Assembly: GCA_964345195.1 (NCBI GenBank)
Contig: CAYFQV010000013.1
Span: 1 to 36,040 of the forward strand
Direction of reading: 5' to 3'
Length of the DNA stretch: 36,040 nt
Source of the DNA: an uncultured Spirochaetaceae bacterium
Lineage (GTDB): Bacteria > Spirochaetota > Spirochaetia > DSM-27196 > PWMO01
The notes under the pieces are model-generated. The model was not told the origin of the DNA. It saw only the letters and a program-made list of their open reading frames with translations, and did no database searches. Both the position numbers and the translations under genes were made by a program. How positions within the stretch are numbered: position 1 is the stretch's first letter; every line of letters begins with the position of its first letter. Shown here piece by piece: positions 26,556 through 34,953 of this stretch.

Positions 26556-28042
26556 GTAGAATCCCCCTGTGCTGGCCACATACGCAGTTCCAGATCTTGA
26601 TACGCCGCGAAAACCTGTTCGTAGTGTTGGTGCCGCTTTTCATCCGGCTCGAATCGCTGGTCGTCTTTAATCAGTGATGCAGCCTCGTCGACATTCCGAT
26701 AGATCCCTGAGCCGAGGCCCGCGAGCACGGCGGCTCCCACGGTGGCCGTTTCATGGGTTTGCGACACCCGTACCGGCAGCCCGGAAACGTCGGAAATCAC
26801 CTGACACCACGGCGCGCTTTGAGCGCCACCACCGTACATGCAGAGTCCCTCGGGCCGGTGCGATTCATCTGCAGAGAGAATGTTCGCATGGATCTGAAAT
26901 GCAATGCCCTCGAAGACCGCACGAACCACATCTTGTGCCTGGGTGTTGAGAGTCAATCCGACGAACGCTCCGGTCGAATTCTCTACCCAGCGCGGGCTCC
27001 CACCGCCGGCGAGGTGGGGATAGTAGAAGACCGAGCCGCTCCCCACACCGGAGCGGGCCGCGAGCGACGACAGCTCGGCGTACGCAGTCCCGGGGTAGAA
27101 CGTGTCGCGCAGCCAGCGCAATGACGCCCCGGCCGTCCCAAGAACTCCATCAAGAGTCCAGTTTCCGGCAAATAGTGACGGTGAGCAAGGAAGAGCAGAA
27201 GTTGGATCAGTGTCAGGACGGTCGAGTTGGAGCAAGATCTGGCACGCGGTACCCAACGACACACCTGCCTCTTTCTCGGCCATGCCTGCTCCTAGAGCCG
27301 CACAATGCTGGTCTTGCCCGCCCACGCAGACCATGGTTTCCGGCGTCAGACCGAGGTCGCCGGCCACCTGCTCGCGTAGTCGGCCCACTAGGGTACCCGC
27401 ACGCTGGATGTGCGGCAGCATGTCCGTTTCCACACCCGTGAACTCGAGCAGCTCGCTCGACCAGCGTCCATTAACCAGGTCATACATGAGGCTGCCTGAC
27501 GCCATGGTGCAATCGGTTGCGAAAACGCCGCAAAGCTTGTGAAGCACAAAGTCGTGTGCCATGAGGTACCTGGCCGTCTTCCGATGCACCTCCGGTCGGT
27601 GTGCCCGGAGCCACATCAGCTTCGGCAGGACGTAATATGCGTTGTTGCGCTTACCGGTAAGGCTTCGAACTCTCTCGTTCCCTATAGATTCAGAGATCAC
27701 CCGCGACTCCGCGGCCGCTCGTGTGTCGAGCCAACTCAAGGCATTGCACAAAGGATCTCCCGCCTGATCAACGGGAACGAAGGATATGCCTTGCGAACTG
27801 ACGCTGATCGCACGGACATTCGCCGGACTCACATCGCACTGGGATACAACCTCACGTGCCGTTCTCTGAACCAATTGCCACCATTGATCGGCGTCTTGTT
27901 CAACCTCGCCGCGCTCACCAGTCAGCAACGGATACTCATAGTAGCTGACTCCAAGAGTTCGTAACCCGGAAGTAAAAAGGATCGAACGACAGCCCGTAGT
28001 TCCCAGGTCAATTCCCAGGATGCACGCCTCGCTACCGCCCAT
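26552..28042 (-). CDS. FGGY-family carbohydrate kinase
   Basis: ILGIDLGTTGCRS (N-terminal FGGY motif) and YGGGAQSAPWCQVISDVSGLPV (C-terminal FGGY motif). Start placed at ATG 28042, 2 nt after the upstream TAA. Confidence 0.85.
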   Translation of the reverse strand: MGGSEACILGIDLGTTGCRSILFTSGLRTLGVSYYEYPLLTGERGEVEQDADQWWQLVQRTAREVVSQCDVSPANVRAISVSSQGISFVPVDQAGDPLCNALSWLDTRAAAESRVISESIGNERVRSLTGKRNNAYYVLPKLMWLRAHRPEVHRKTARYLMAHDFVLHKLCGVFATDCTMASGSLMYDLVNGRWSSELLEFTGVETDMLPHIQRAGTLVGRLREQVAGDLGLTPETMVCVGGQDQHCAALGAGMAEKEAGVSLGTACQILLQLDRPDTDPTSALPCSPSLFAGNWTLDGVLGTAGASLRWLRDTFYPGTAYAELSSLAARSGVGSGSVFYYPHLAGGGSPRWVENSTGAFVGLTLNTQAQDVVRAVFEGIAFQIHANILSADESHRPEGLCMYGGGAQSAPWCQVISDVSGLPVRVSQTHETATVGAAVLAGLGSGIYRNVDEAASLIKDDQRFEPDEKRHQHYEQVFAAYQDLELRMWPAQGDST

Positions 28043-28044
28043 TA

Positions 28045-29364
28045 TTACAATGCGTCCATCAGGCGGCCGGCGGTCGCAACCAGTTCCGCTCCAAAGTCCG
28101 GTGCCAGTAGCGATGTATCGACCTCGTAACCGCCTTCCCGCTGTGCCGCCGGCGTGCAGACATATCCGGGGAGGCAACCATTGGCAAGAGACACCACCAT
28201 AGTGGTCTGTCCGCCGCGCAGACTCTTGATCTCGGTTCCAAACTCAACGAATAACTCACCTGGCAGTCCTACCATCGTCACACCACCAACGGCGAGCACT
28301 TGGACTTCGGCCTCACGCTCATCCTCGTATAGCTCCAGAGCTCCGCCTTCCTTGAATACCTCAACATACCCGAGAAGGTCTTCGGCGCCGAGAAGCAACA
28401 CATTCGCATTCTGTCGCTCGATGTACGGCGCACCGGAATGTTCGAGCGCAGCATGCGCGGCCGCTGCCTTGCGGACAGCATCATACGCCTTCTCTTTGCT
28501 CGGAAGCTCTCGCAGTCTAATCGGCACCTCGACTGAGCGCGCACGCACGCGAAGCTCGCGACTGGTCGAGATTGACTCCAGGGCGGCGCCGGCGGCATCA
28601 GCGATCGTGTAACCGATTCGCCGAGCCTCTTCAAAACTCTGGTCCGTACGAAAATAACGCGTGCTCTGGTCTCCGGATGTACCCTGCAGAAACAATGTGA
28701 GCGCATGGGGATAACGTTGGGAAAGCCGCTCGCGTACGTAACCTGGATAGTCCGCTGAAACCGCTGTATTCTCCGCGTGAAGTAAGGTGGGATGCAGCGC
28801 GTAGTTGACCACAATGGCGCGACACACACCCTCGGAATCCACCACTTTCAAAACACCTACGGTCGGGTCCTGCGGCCCCTCGGGATCACGACGATTTCCG
28901 CCGACGCCCTTGTCAGAACCGCATATCTCGGTTCCCGCGCCGAACGACGCATCGAACATGCCTTTCTGTGCCTGTACAACGCTGTCCACCACACGCTCTC
29001 GGAGAAACGTCACGTATGCCTCGTCTTGCATTACTCCATTTCGGAGCGAATCAATATCGAGTCGACCCGAAGCCCATGGGCCGGAATGAGTGTGGGTGCA
29101 GCCGATCAATACATTTCGACGCGGAATACCCGTGAGTTGCTCAACTACTTCACGAACCGCGGTCACATGCTTCTTGGAAAAAAAGAGAAGATCGAGGGAC
29201 ACCATTGCTATACTAGAAACACCGTCACTGATGACAACTGCGGTCGAGAAAAGCGGATCATGCACCTCCGTATTGTGGCGTGGATGATGCGGATAGCCCG
29301 CCAATTCCATCCCCTGAGGAGGCGTAATCTCGGTTCTGCCGGCGCCCGCACGGATTCGACTCAT
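28045..29364 (-). CDS. neutral/alkaline ceramidase N-terminal-domain-like zinc amidohydrolase (paralogue 2), cytoplasmic
   Basis: IGCTHTHSGPW, NYALHPT, LQGTSGDQS and LANGCLPGYV. Colinear with 16901..18241. ATG 29364 overlaps the upstream TGA as ATGA. Confidence 0.6.
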   Translation of the reverse strand: MSRIRAGAGRTEITPPQGMELAGYPHHPRHNTEVHDPLFSTAVVISDGVSSIAMVSLDLLFFSKKHVTAVREVVEQLTGIPRRNVLIGCTHTHSGPWASGRLDIDSLRNGVMQDEAYVTFLRERVVDSVVQAQKGMFDASFGAGTEICGSDKGVGGNRRDPEGPQDPTVGVLKVVDSEGVCRAIVVNYALHPTLLHAENTAVSADYPGYVRERLSQRYPHALTLFLQGTSGDQSTRYFRTDQSFEEARRIGYTIADAAGAALESISTSRELRVRARSVEVPIRLRELPSKEKAYDAVRKAAAAHAALEHSGAPYIERQNANVLLLGAEDLLGYVEVFKEGGALELYEDEREAEVQVLAVGGVTMVGLPGELFVEFGTEIKSLRGGQTTMVVSLANGCLPGYVCTPAAQREGGYEVDTSLLAPDFGAELVATAGRLMDAL

Positions 29365-30752
29365 GAGTCGAATCTCTCCACGGATAGGCCCGGTACCCAG
29401 TCGCATGCGAGCGCGAGCACATCCGCACATTGCCGGTAGATGGCCGAACAATGATGAACGTATGGCCCTTCGATCAGGCGACGTTCCCAACGGGGCCAGT
29501 TATCGACTTCCAACCAGCCGTAAACCTCGCGGGTCGCCGGCCCGGGAACCATGCGTCCCTCCCCTACACCAAGTCGGTATTCACCTCTCGCGCCGTCAAA
29601 CCGACAAACCGTTACATCGCCGTCTTTGAGCTGGAACTGTAGCGACGTAGCCGGAAGCCCCTCGAGAATCCAGGGGGGGAGAATCGGAATAGGCCCGGTA
29701 TCCGGGCGCCTGAGGGAGACCGGTGCGGACGCGTGCCAGAGCAAAACTGCGTTATCGTTGTTCGGATGGCGGGAGGTGAACTCCGGAAAGAATGACGGCG
29801 TAGCATCAGAGGCGGCGGCTTCGATCATGACCGAGCTGAGCGCTCCGTGGATATCGGTCTCCGCCGAAATCGGAATGCGCTCTTCCGCAAGTGCGACGCC
29901 GAGCCCAAAGCCCTCTCCAACCGCATCCTGAATCGAGTTAAAACTCTGCATCGCAATTGCGTCTAGACCGTGTTGCTCCGCCATGTCGAGCATCTCGTCG
30001 CGGAGCGCAAGGCTGTTCAGAAGCCCATCGTCGGGTACAGAGTTAAGATCGATCAATTGCCCCAAGTCTCGGAGCTCAGCTCGATAGTCGGCGTCGTTTA
30101 CCGAACGTCGTTTTCGAAGTCTCTCAATCACTTCAACCATGTCGAACGGCATAACCTCGATTCCGAAGCGATTCAGCAGATCCGCTTCATCGATAATCGT
30201 CGACCAGAAGAAGTCTATGCGGCTGCCGAGTTGTCCGATCCGAGCCGTCTGCAACGCTTTCGCCACGCCGACTGAGTGTAGGAAGCTCTGAATGCCGTTT
30301 TCGAACGCCGCGTCGGAAACCCGACAATTCTCAAGGTATCGGTAGTTCACGGAAAGTGTGTGTAACACCTTGCTCGACGCGAAACATCCGCAGAGTGAAT
30401 CCCGGAGCCGGGACCCATCCTCTCTCGGTGCATCATCACGGGGCCCCCAGAGTAACGTTGGCACGTTCAGACGGCGAGCGACTACGCCGGCAACCCCTTC
30501 GGTTCCAAAATTGCAGTGGGGCAGAAACAAGGCATCAACGCTGTTGTCCCTGAAGTACTTGGCAACCCTCTCTGCATCCTCCTGTCGCTTGATTAAGCCG
30601 TCAGGGACGATGCCTTCAAGGTCCACCGTCTCGACACCCATCTCGGCCAGTTTCTTAAGCACGAGGTTCTTTTGTCGGACGGCTTCTGTATGCGAGAAGA
30701 CGAACTTACCCAGCGGGCATACAGCAAGTCGCACCGTCTTCTTTCTGAACAT
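29361..30752 (-). CDS. L-fucose/L-arabinose isomerase family protein (COG2407-like, short form)
   Basis: 463 aa. The N-terminal region (RLAVCPLGKFVFS...FLPHCNFGTEG...PTLLWGPRD...RLRDSLCG) is typical of FucI-related isomerases. SD GGGAG upstream. Confidence 0.7.
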   Translation of the reverse strand: MFRKKTVRLAVCPLGKFVFSHTEAVRQKNLVLKKLAEMGVETVDLEGIVPDGLIKRQEDAERVAKYFRDNSVDALFLPHCNFGTEGVAGVVARRLNVPTLLWGPRDDAPREDGSRLRDSLCGCFASSKVLHTLSVNYRYLENCRVSDAAFENGIQSFLHSVGVAKALQTARIGQLGSRIDFFWSTIIDEADLLNRFGIEVMPFDMVEVIERLRKRRSVNDADYRAELRDLGQLIDLNSVPDDGLLNSLALRDEMLDMAEQHGLDAIAMQSFNSIQDAVGEGFGLGVALAEERIPISAETDIHGALSSVMIEAAASDATPSFFPEFTSRHPNNDNAVLLWHASAPVSLRRPDTGPIPILPPWILEGLPATSLQFQLKDGDVTVCRFDGARGEYRLGVGEGRMVPGPATREVYGWLEVDNWPRWERRLIEGPYVHHCSAIYRQCADVLALACDWVPGLSVERFDS

Positions 30753-30791
30753 GACTTATCATCTCCCGGGACGCACAAGAGGATCCTTCAT

Positions 30792-31292
30792 CTACTCGCC
30801 GATCAGACGAACCTGCAGTGTCCGCGCACGTGCCCGGACCTGATCCCAGTCCACAAAATAGATGAATCCAAACTCTCCCAAGTCCAGCTGCCCTTCGTCG
30901 AGAACGATACTCTCTGATCTCCCGAAAAGGCACGACCGGAGGTGGGCATCTGTGTTTAGACTGGTCCATTCGCCCTCTTCGCCCACGCTCATTGCGAACT
31001 CGATGTGCTTTGGGCCCGGATGCATGTATTGACCCTCAACCCGACAGGTCGGAAAGATCCTCTCCATTGCGTTACACAGATCCTGTTGCAGATACTCCAG
31101 ACCGAAATACGTCGTGTCGTGCGAACATTCTTGAAGCATCACGGAGCACGTCGTGTGGCGTGAATAGACCACGCAAATCCCATCAGTCATGCCCGATCGC
31201 CCACAGATCGCCTTCACTTGTTCAGTGACATCGTGAAACGTCGGGTGCAGGCCGACGGACTTTACCTCCACGGTCTCTCGATACGTCTTCAT
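30792..31292 (-). CDS. YjbQ/UPF0047 family protein (so-called secondary thiamine-phosphate synthase)
   Basis: Family pattern CVVYSRHTTCSVMLQE, NTDAHLRSCLFGRSESIVL and the C-terminal ...RLIGE, colinear with E. coli YjbQ as I recall it. ATGA overlap with the upstream gene. Confidence 0.8.
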   Translation of the reverse strand: MKTYRETVEVKSVGLHPTFHDVTEQVKAICGRSGMTDGICVVYSRHTTCSVMLQECSHDTTYFGLEYLQQDLCNAMERIFPTCRVEGQYMHPGPKHIEFAMSVGEEGEWTSLNTDAHLRSCLFGRSESIVLDEGQLDLGEFGFIYFVDWDQVRARARTLQVRLIGE

Positions 31293-32005
31293 GTTGGTAA
31301 CTCCTTGTTTCTATCGTCCCATGCCGCCCGGACAGCTCCAATCATGGCATCCACTGCGGCAGCCCGATCAGGAGCCTGAGTTATTCCGCTGGACGAACCA
31401 GTGGCATCGGCTCCGGATCGAATGGTCTCGTACACATCTTGCGCCGTCCTGATCCCGGCCCCTTGCAGGACGAGAATATTGGAATCAACGGCGCGGATGG
31501 CACCGTTCGCCGCTTCCACGTACACCCGATCGCTTGTGTGGCCGGTGCCAATGAGCTCGGTAGGCTCCGCCACAATGATATCCGGACCGAGCGTAGCGAT
31601 TGCCTTCGCTTCGCGAATGGAGTCGGCACACACGATCGTGAACAGCCCTACTTCACCCGCACGTCTCACAGTCGCGTTTAGCTCAGCGAGTGTGAGCGGG
31701 TGCTCAGCATGATTGAGCATGACCCCCGCGCATCCAAGCGCTCTCAGCGACTCAGGCAGGATCTTGGTGAGACCACGACCGGGGTACAGGGCGTCCATGT
31801 GCGGAGCACAGATGATTAAACGTTCAGTCGTCTCGACAACTAATCGTAAGTCGACGAAGGGTGCTGTAAAGAGCACATCCACATTGTACTTGATTGCGGC
31901 GGCGTCAGCGATTCGCGCGAGTTCGGCAACATCCTCGCCGTAGAGATAGGCCTTCGGCCCCACTTCAAAAAAAGGTGGGCGTGGTATCCGTGGGGCCTTA
32001 ACCAT
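31289..32005 (-). CDS. triose-phosphate isomerase family protein, archaeal-type paralogue
   Basis: Candidate catalytic Lys (EVGPKAY), LNHAEH (HSE-type His) and VAEPTELIGTG (catalytic Glu; archaeal TIMs have EPPELIGTG). ATG 32005 preferred over TTG 32035. No SD; the leader is A-rich. Confidence 0.75.
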   Translation of the reverse strand: MVKAPRIPRPPFFEVGPKAYLYGEDVAELARIADAAAIKYNVDVLFTAPFVDLRLVVETTERLIICAPHMDALYPGRGLTKILPESLRALGCAGVMLNHAEHPLTLAELNATVRRAGEVGLFTIVCADSIREAKAIATLGPDIIVAEPTELIGTGHTSDRVYVEAANGAIRAVDSNILVLQGAGIRTAQDVYETIRSGADATGSSSGITQAPDRAAAVDAMIGAVRAAWDDRNKELPT

Positions 32006-32036
32006 ATTTTTTTTCGTTTTTGATTGCACGAACAAG

Positions 32037-32065
32037 ATTGTTAACTAATCCACGCAATACGTCAA
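32037..32065 (-). promoter_or_regulatory. candidate sigma70 promoter of the six-gene operon (TTGACG-17 nt-AACAAT)
   Basis: Read on the minus strand: -35 at 32065-32060 and -10 at 32042-37, about 30 nt upstream of ATG 32005. Two TTTGTAT direct repeats (32096-32102 and 32112-32118) lie just upstream. Confidence 0.3.
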
Positions 32066-32358
32066 CCTCATTAACCAAAAACTCACTGTCGTCTTTGTAT
32101 GTAAAAATTTTTGTATATCCAGCTGTCTCAAGCGTTGTCGGCCCTGCGACGCCGCAGCCAACGAGAAACACATGGACGACGGCGAACGCGCTTCACCGAC
32201 AACAAAGTTATGTCGCTCGGCTTTTGAGCGGATCAGAACGTGGTATGACCGGGAAAACGAATGTGGAAGACACCAGCGGCACGAGCAACCTCACCGTCGG
32301 CACCGTGGAGGGTGCGGACGTGGGGAGGATACTCACCGCAATAAAGTTTGACGACTTG

Positions 32359-33135
32359 TTAACAACAATGAATCTGCAAGCCGAGACGCTCAATTCTATG
32401 TAGCGTCTCAGAGTCGGCGTCTGAATCCGTCACCAAGTGAGAGGCGGGAGAAAAGTTACCGAACTTATAGAAGCTCTCATGATCGATTTTCATAGAATCA
32501 GCCACGATGATCGTTCGATCGGAGCGGTCCACCATAATCCTGTTGATTTCCGCTTCCTCGGCGTGTAGCGTTGTTAAACCTTTCTCCGCGGAGATACCGT
32601 CGACCGATAGAATTGCACTATCAGCCTTGTACTGTAGGAGCTCCGAACCCGCGGTGTCCCCGAATGTAAATGCATGCTCCGAGTTCACGCTTCCTCCGAG
32701 TAGCAGAACACGAAATCCAGGCACCGCACTCAGCTCGACGGCAATTGGCAACGAGTTCGTGACAACGCTCAGATTCTTCCTCTTTTTCAATTCGAGGGCA
32801 GTGCGGTAGGCTGTACTCCCTGAGTTGATCATCAGCGTGCTGCCGTCGTTAACCAATTCGACCGCCAAGAGAGCGATCCGCCTCTTCTGCTCCCCTTGCT
32901 GTTCTGCTCGATGGCGGAACTCGAGACCAGTGATTGTAGGTGCCGCCCGGGTAGCCCCACCAGGTGTCCGCCTGCAGTATCCGTCGCGCTCCAGTATTGC
33001 AAGGTCGTTCCGAAGCGTGACTGGAGTCGCATGGAGCAGTTTTCCAAGTTCGGCTACGCGCACCTCTCCATCACGCCGCAAGAACTCCAGAATGGATCGC
33101 CGTCTACTGTCGATTTTCAGCTCATCCTTTGCCAT
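32359..33135 (-). CDS. DeoR/GlpR family transcriptional regulator
   Basis: N-terminal wHTH (RRRSILEFLRRDGEVRVAELGKLLHATPVTLRNDLAILERDG) and a C-terminal DeoR sugar-phosphate sensor domain. Confidence 0.9.
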   Translation of the reverse strand: MAKDELKIDSRRRSILEFLRRDGEVRVAELGKLLHATPVTLRNDLAILERDGYCRRTPGGATRAAPTITGLEFRHRAEQQGEQKRRIALLAVELVNDGSTLMINSGSTAYRTALELKKRKNLSVVTNSLPIAVELSAVPGFRVLLLGGSVNSEHAFTFGDTAGSELLQYKADSAILSVDGISAEKGLTTLHAEEAEINRIMVDRSDRTIIVADSMKIDHESFYKFGNFSPASHLVTDSDADSETLHRIERLGLQIHCC

Positions 33136-33144
33136 AGGTAACCC

Positions 33145-33738
33145 TCAAGAGTTCAACCGCTCTCCCACTGCACCGCCCGGATGGATAAGCGCAAACTCAT
33201 CCAGCCCAAATTGCGTGCCTTCCATGATGGCGACTTGCAGGGCGTCGAAGATCGCCACGGTAGCCATGAAACTGGCGGTGGCCATGACGTTGAACCGGTC
33301 ACTCTCCCGCTCGATCTTCAGCTTCAGGAGGATATCACTACTCCGAGCCAGAGGCGAATCCTCGTTCTCCGTAATCAGGATAACAGTTGACTTCTTCTTT
33401 TTGCATACCGACACAATTGGGATAAGCTCCGCCGTCCGTCCTCCTCGTGATGCCATCACCATTGTGTCACCTTCCTGGACGAATCCGAGTCCACCATGGG
33501 GAGCCTCTCCGGGAGGAATGAACTTGGCAGACTGTTCAACACAGCACAGCGAGTGCGCAAATTTCATTGCCGCGATTCCGGCATTTCCGCATCCAGTAGT
33601 GGCAATCCTGTTCGCGGAAGTCAGCGAATCCACCGCGCGTGCGAATGCGTGCTCGTCGAGATACCCTTGGATATCGGAGATCGCCTGGGATTCGATCAGA
33701 AGCGAGTGGCGTGCCATTTTCAACGATTCTTCGTTCAT
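33145..33738 (-). CDS. single-SIS-domain sugar-phosphate isomerase-like protein (KpsF/GutQ-type SIS without CBS domains)
   Basis: RIATTGCGNAGIAAMKFAHSL (KpsF has GxGKSG), PHGGLGFV (KpsF has HGDLG), ASRGGRTAE and the C-terminal HPGGAVGERL. It lies 9 nt upstream of the DeoR gene. SD AGAGG. Confidence 0.75.
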   Translation of the reverse strand: MNEESLKMARHSLLIESQAISDIQGYLDEHAFARAVDSLTSANRIATTGCGNAGIAAMKFAHSLCCVEQSAKFIPPGEAPHGGLGFVQEGDTMVMASRGGRTAELIPIVSVCKKKKSTVILITENEDSPLARSSDILLKLKIERESDRFNVMATASFMATVAIFDALQVAIMEGTQFGLDEFALIHPGGAVGERLNS

Positions 33739-33881
33739 CTGGAACCTCTGTTTCTTCCTTAGTCAACACGTTCAACGGCCTACACTTGTGCTGCGTGTCG
33801 GTTACAGTGCGATTCTGCTCTCTCTCGATCGTCACTACTGTGACACTGAAGAAATAAAAAGACCGGTGTGTGTCGTTTTCG

Positions 33882-33927
33882 CATCATAGGTAAATACTAT
33901 TGTACGCAAATGATAGTAACATCATAG
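33882..33927. promoter_or_regulatory. repeat cluster upstream of the SIS-DeoR operon (candidate operator)
   Basis: CATCATAG occurs at 33882-33889 and 33920-33927. These copies flank an inverted repeat TACTAT (33895-33900) / ATAGTA (33913-33918). The cluster is 145-190 nt upstream of ATG 33738. Confidence 0.3.
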
Positions 33928-34359
33928 AAAATTGCACTGATGAAAACAACAGTAGGCTGGAATAATCGCGTTTCGCCAGGACATGAAACAAGCGCAAGCC
34001 GTCCGTCTTCTGGGTCAATAAAATAACAGGTTTCTATATTTCGGTGTTGAGCGTCGGTTATATGCATTAAGAGGTCGATTCATGGATCTTCACATACCAC
34101 GGCGCATTCATCGGTCGTCTGAAGCCCCAGGGGCAGGCCTCATTAGTGCCGCTCGTAGACCTGGTCGGCCAAGGATCTAGCCCGGCCACAAGATCCCCGT
34201 CAAATCGGATCGGGTTCGCCCCGAAGACCTCAGCGTACTCTCCGCTGCGGGCGTCCTCCAGAGAAGCCGGAAGATCGTCAAGCAATCAGCTCTGAGGAAC
34301 ACCGCGTACAGAGCGTCCCGCTAGGCATACCGCGAGCAAGGATCATTATGATCTTCACT

Positions 34360-34857
34360 CTATTGTGTATCTTCCACGTACTTTTTCAATTCCGCGTTCA
34401 TCTTCTGGAATCCCGCCGGGGCCGACTTCATCATTGGCAGGCTCTTCATGAGCAACGAAAGTACTCCCCGGTACTCTTCACGATTCGTGACACGAGTTGT
34501 GTTCTCGTCGAGCTTTTCGAGCTCGAAGAAGTGTTCGCCGTCGAACACTCGTGGAAGTCCCGTCCGTTGCAGCCATGCGAACTGTTCGTTCTCGTTCCAA
34601 CGGCTGATCGTCGGTTTGAACTCATACGGTTGTGCATCTGCTACGGACAATTTGAGATGAAGCCGTCCACCCGGTCTAAGGTCTCCGCCGAGATATTCAA
34701 GCTGGCTGTTCCATTCAGAGTGGGAGCTGAGGTCTACGATCGTCTGCCAGACCTTTTCCACGGGGGCGTTTATCTTAATGGCTTCGTTTATCTCGAATCT
34801 CGTCAGGCTCAAGGCCGCAACAACAAAAACGATCCCCACAACGATATATAGAATCAT
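34360..34857 (-). CDS. SRPBCC (START/polyketide-cyclase-like) domain protein with an N-terminal TM helix
   Basis: MILYIVVGIVFVVAALSL anchor followed by INAPVEKVWQTIVDLSSHSEWN, the typical SRPBCC opening. AAGGAG upstream of ATG 34857. Confidence 0.7.
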   Translation of the reverse strand: MILYIVVGIVFVVAALSLTRFEINEAIKINAPVEKVWQTIVDLSSHSEWNSQLEYLGGDLRPGGRLHLKLSVADAQPYEFKPTISRWNENEQFAWLQRTGLPRVFDGEHFFELEKLDENTTRVTNREEYRGVLSLLMKSLPMMKSAPAGFQKMNAELKKYVEDTQ

Positions 34858-34953
34858 GACTGTGACACTCTCCTTTTCCGTGCTACGTAAGATAGTATCC
34901 CCTCCCCACGTGTGCAATGCTTCAGTCCCGGGCTCTCGCGTTGAGTGGATACC

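Noticed and set aside
28792-29439. 215-aa + strand ORF
   Set aside because: It is antisense to ceramidase-fold paralogue 2 and has no recognisable motifs.
32825-33889. 354-aa + strand ORF spanning the DeoR and SIS genes
   Set aside because: It is antisense to two well-supported genes with clear family motifs. It is Ser/Arg/Pro-rich, matches no family and has no SD. It is a shadow ORF.
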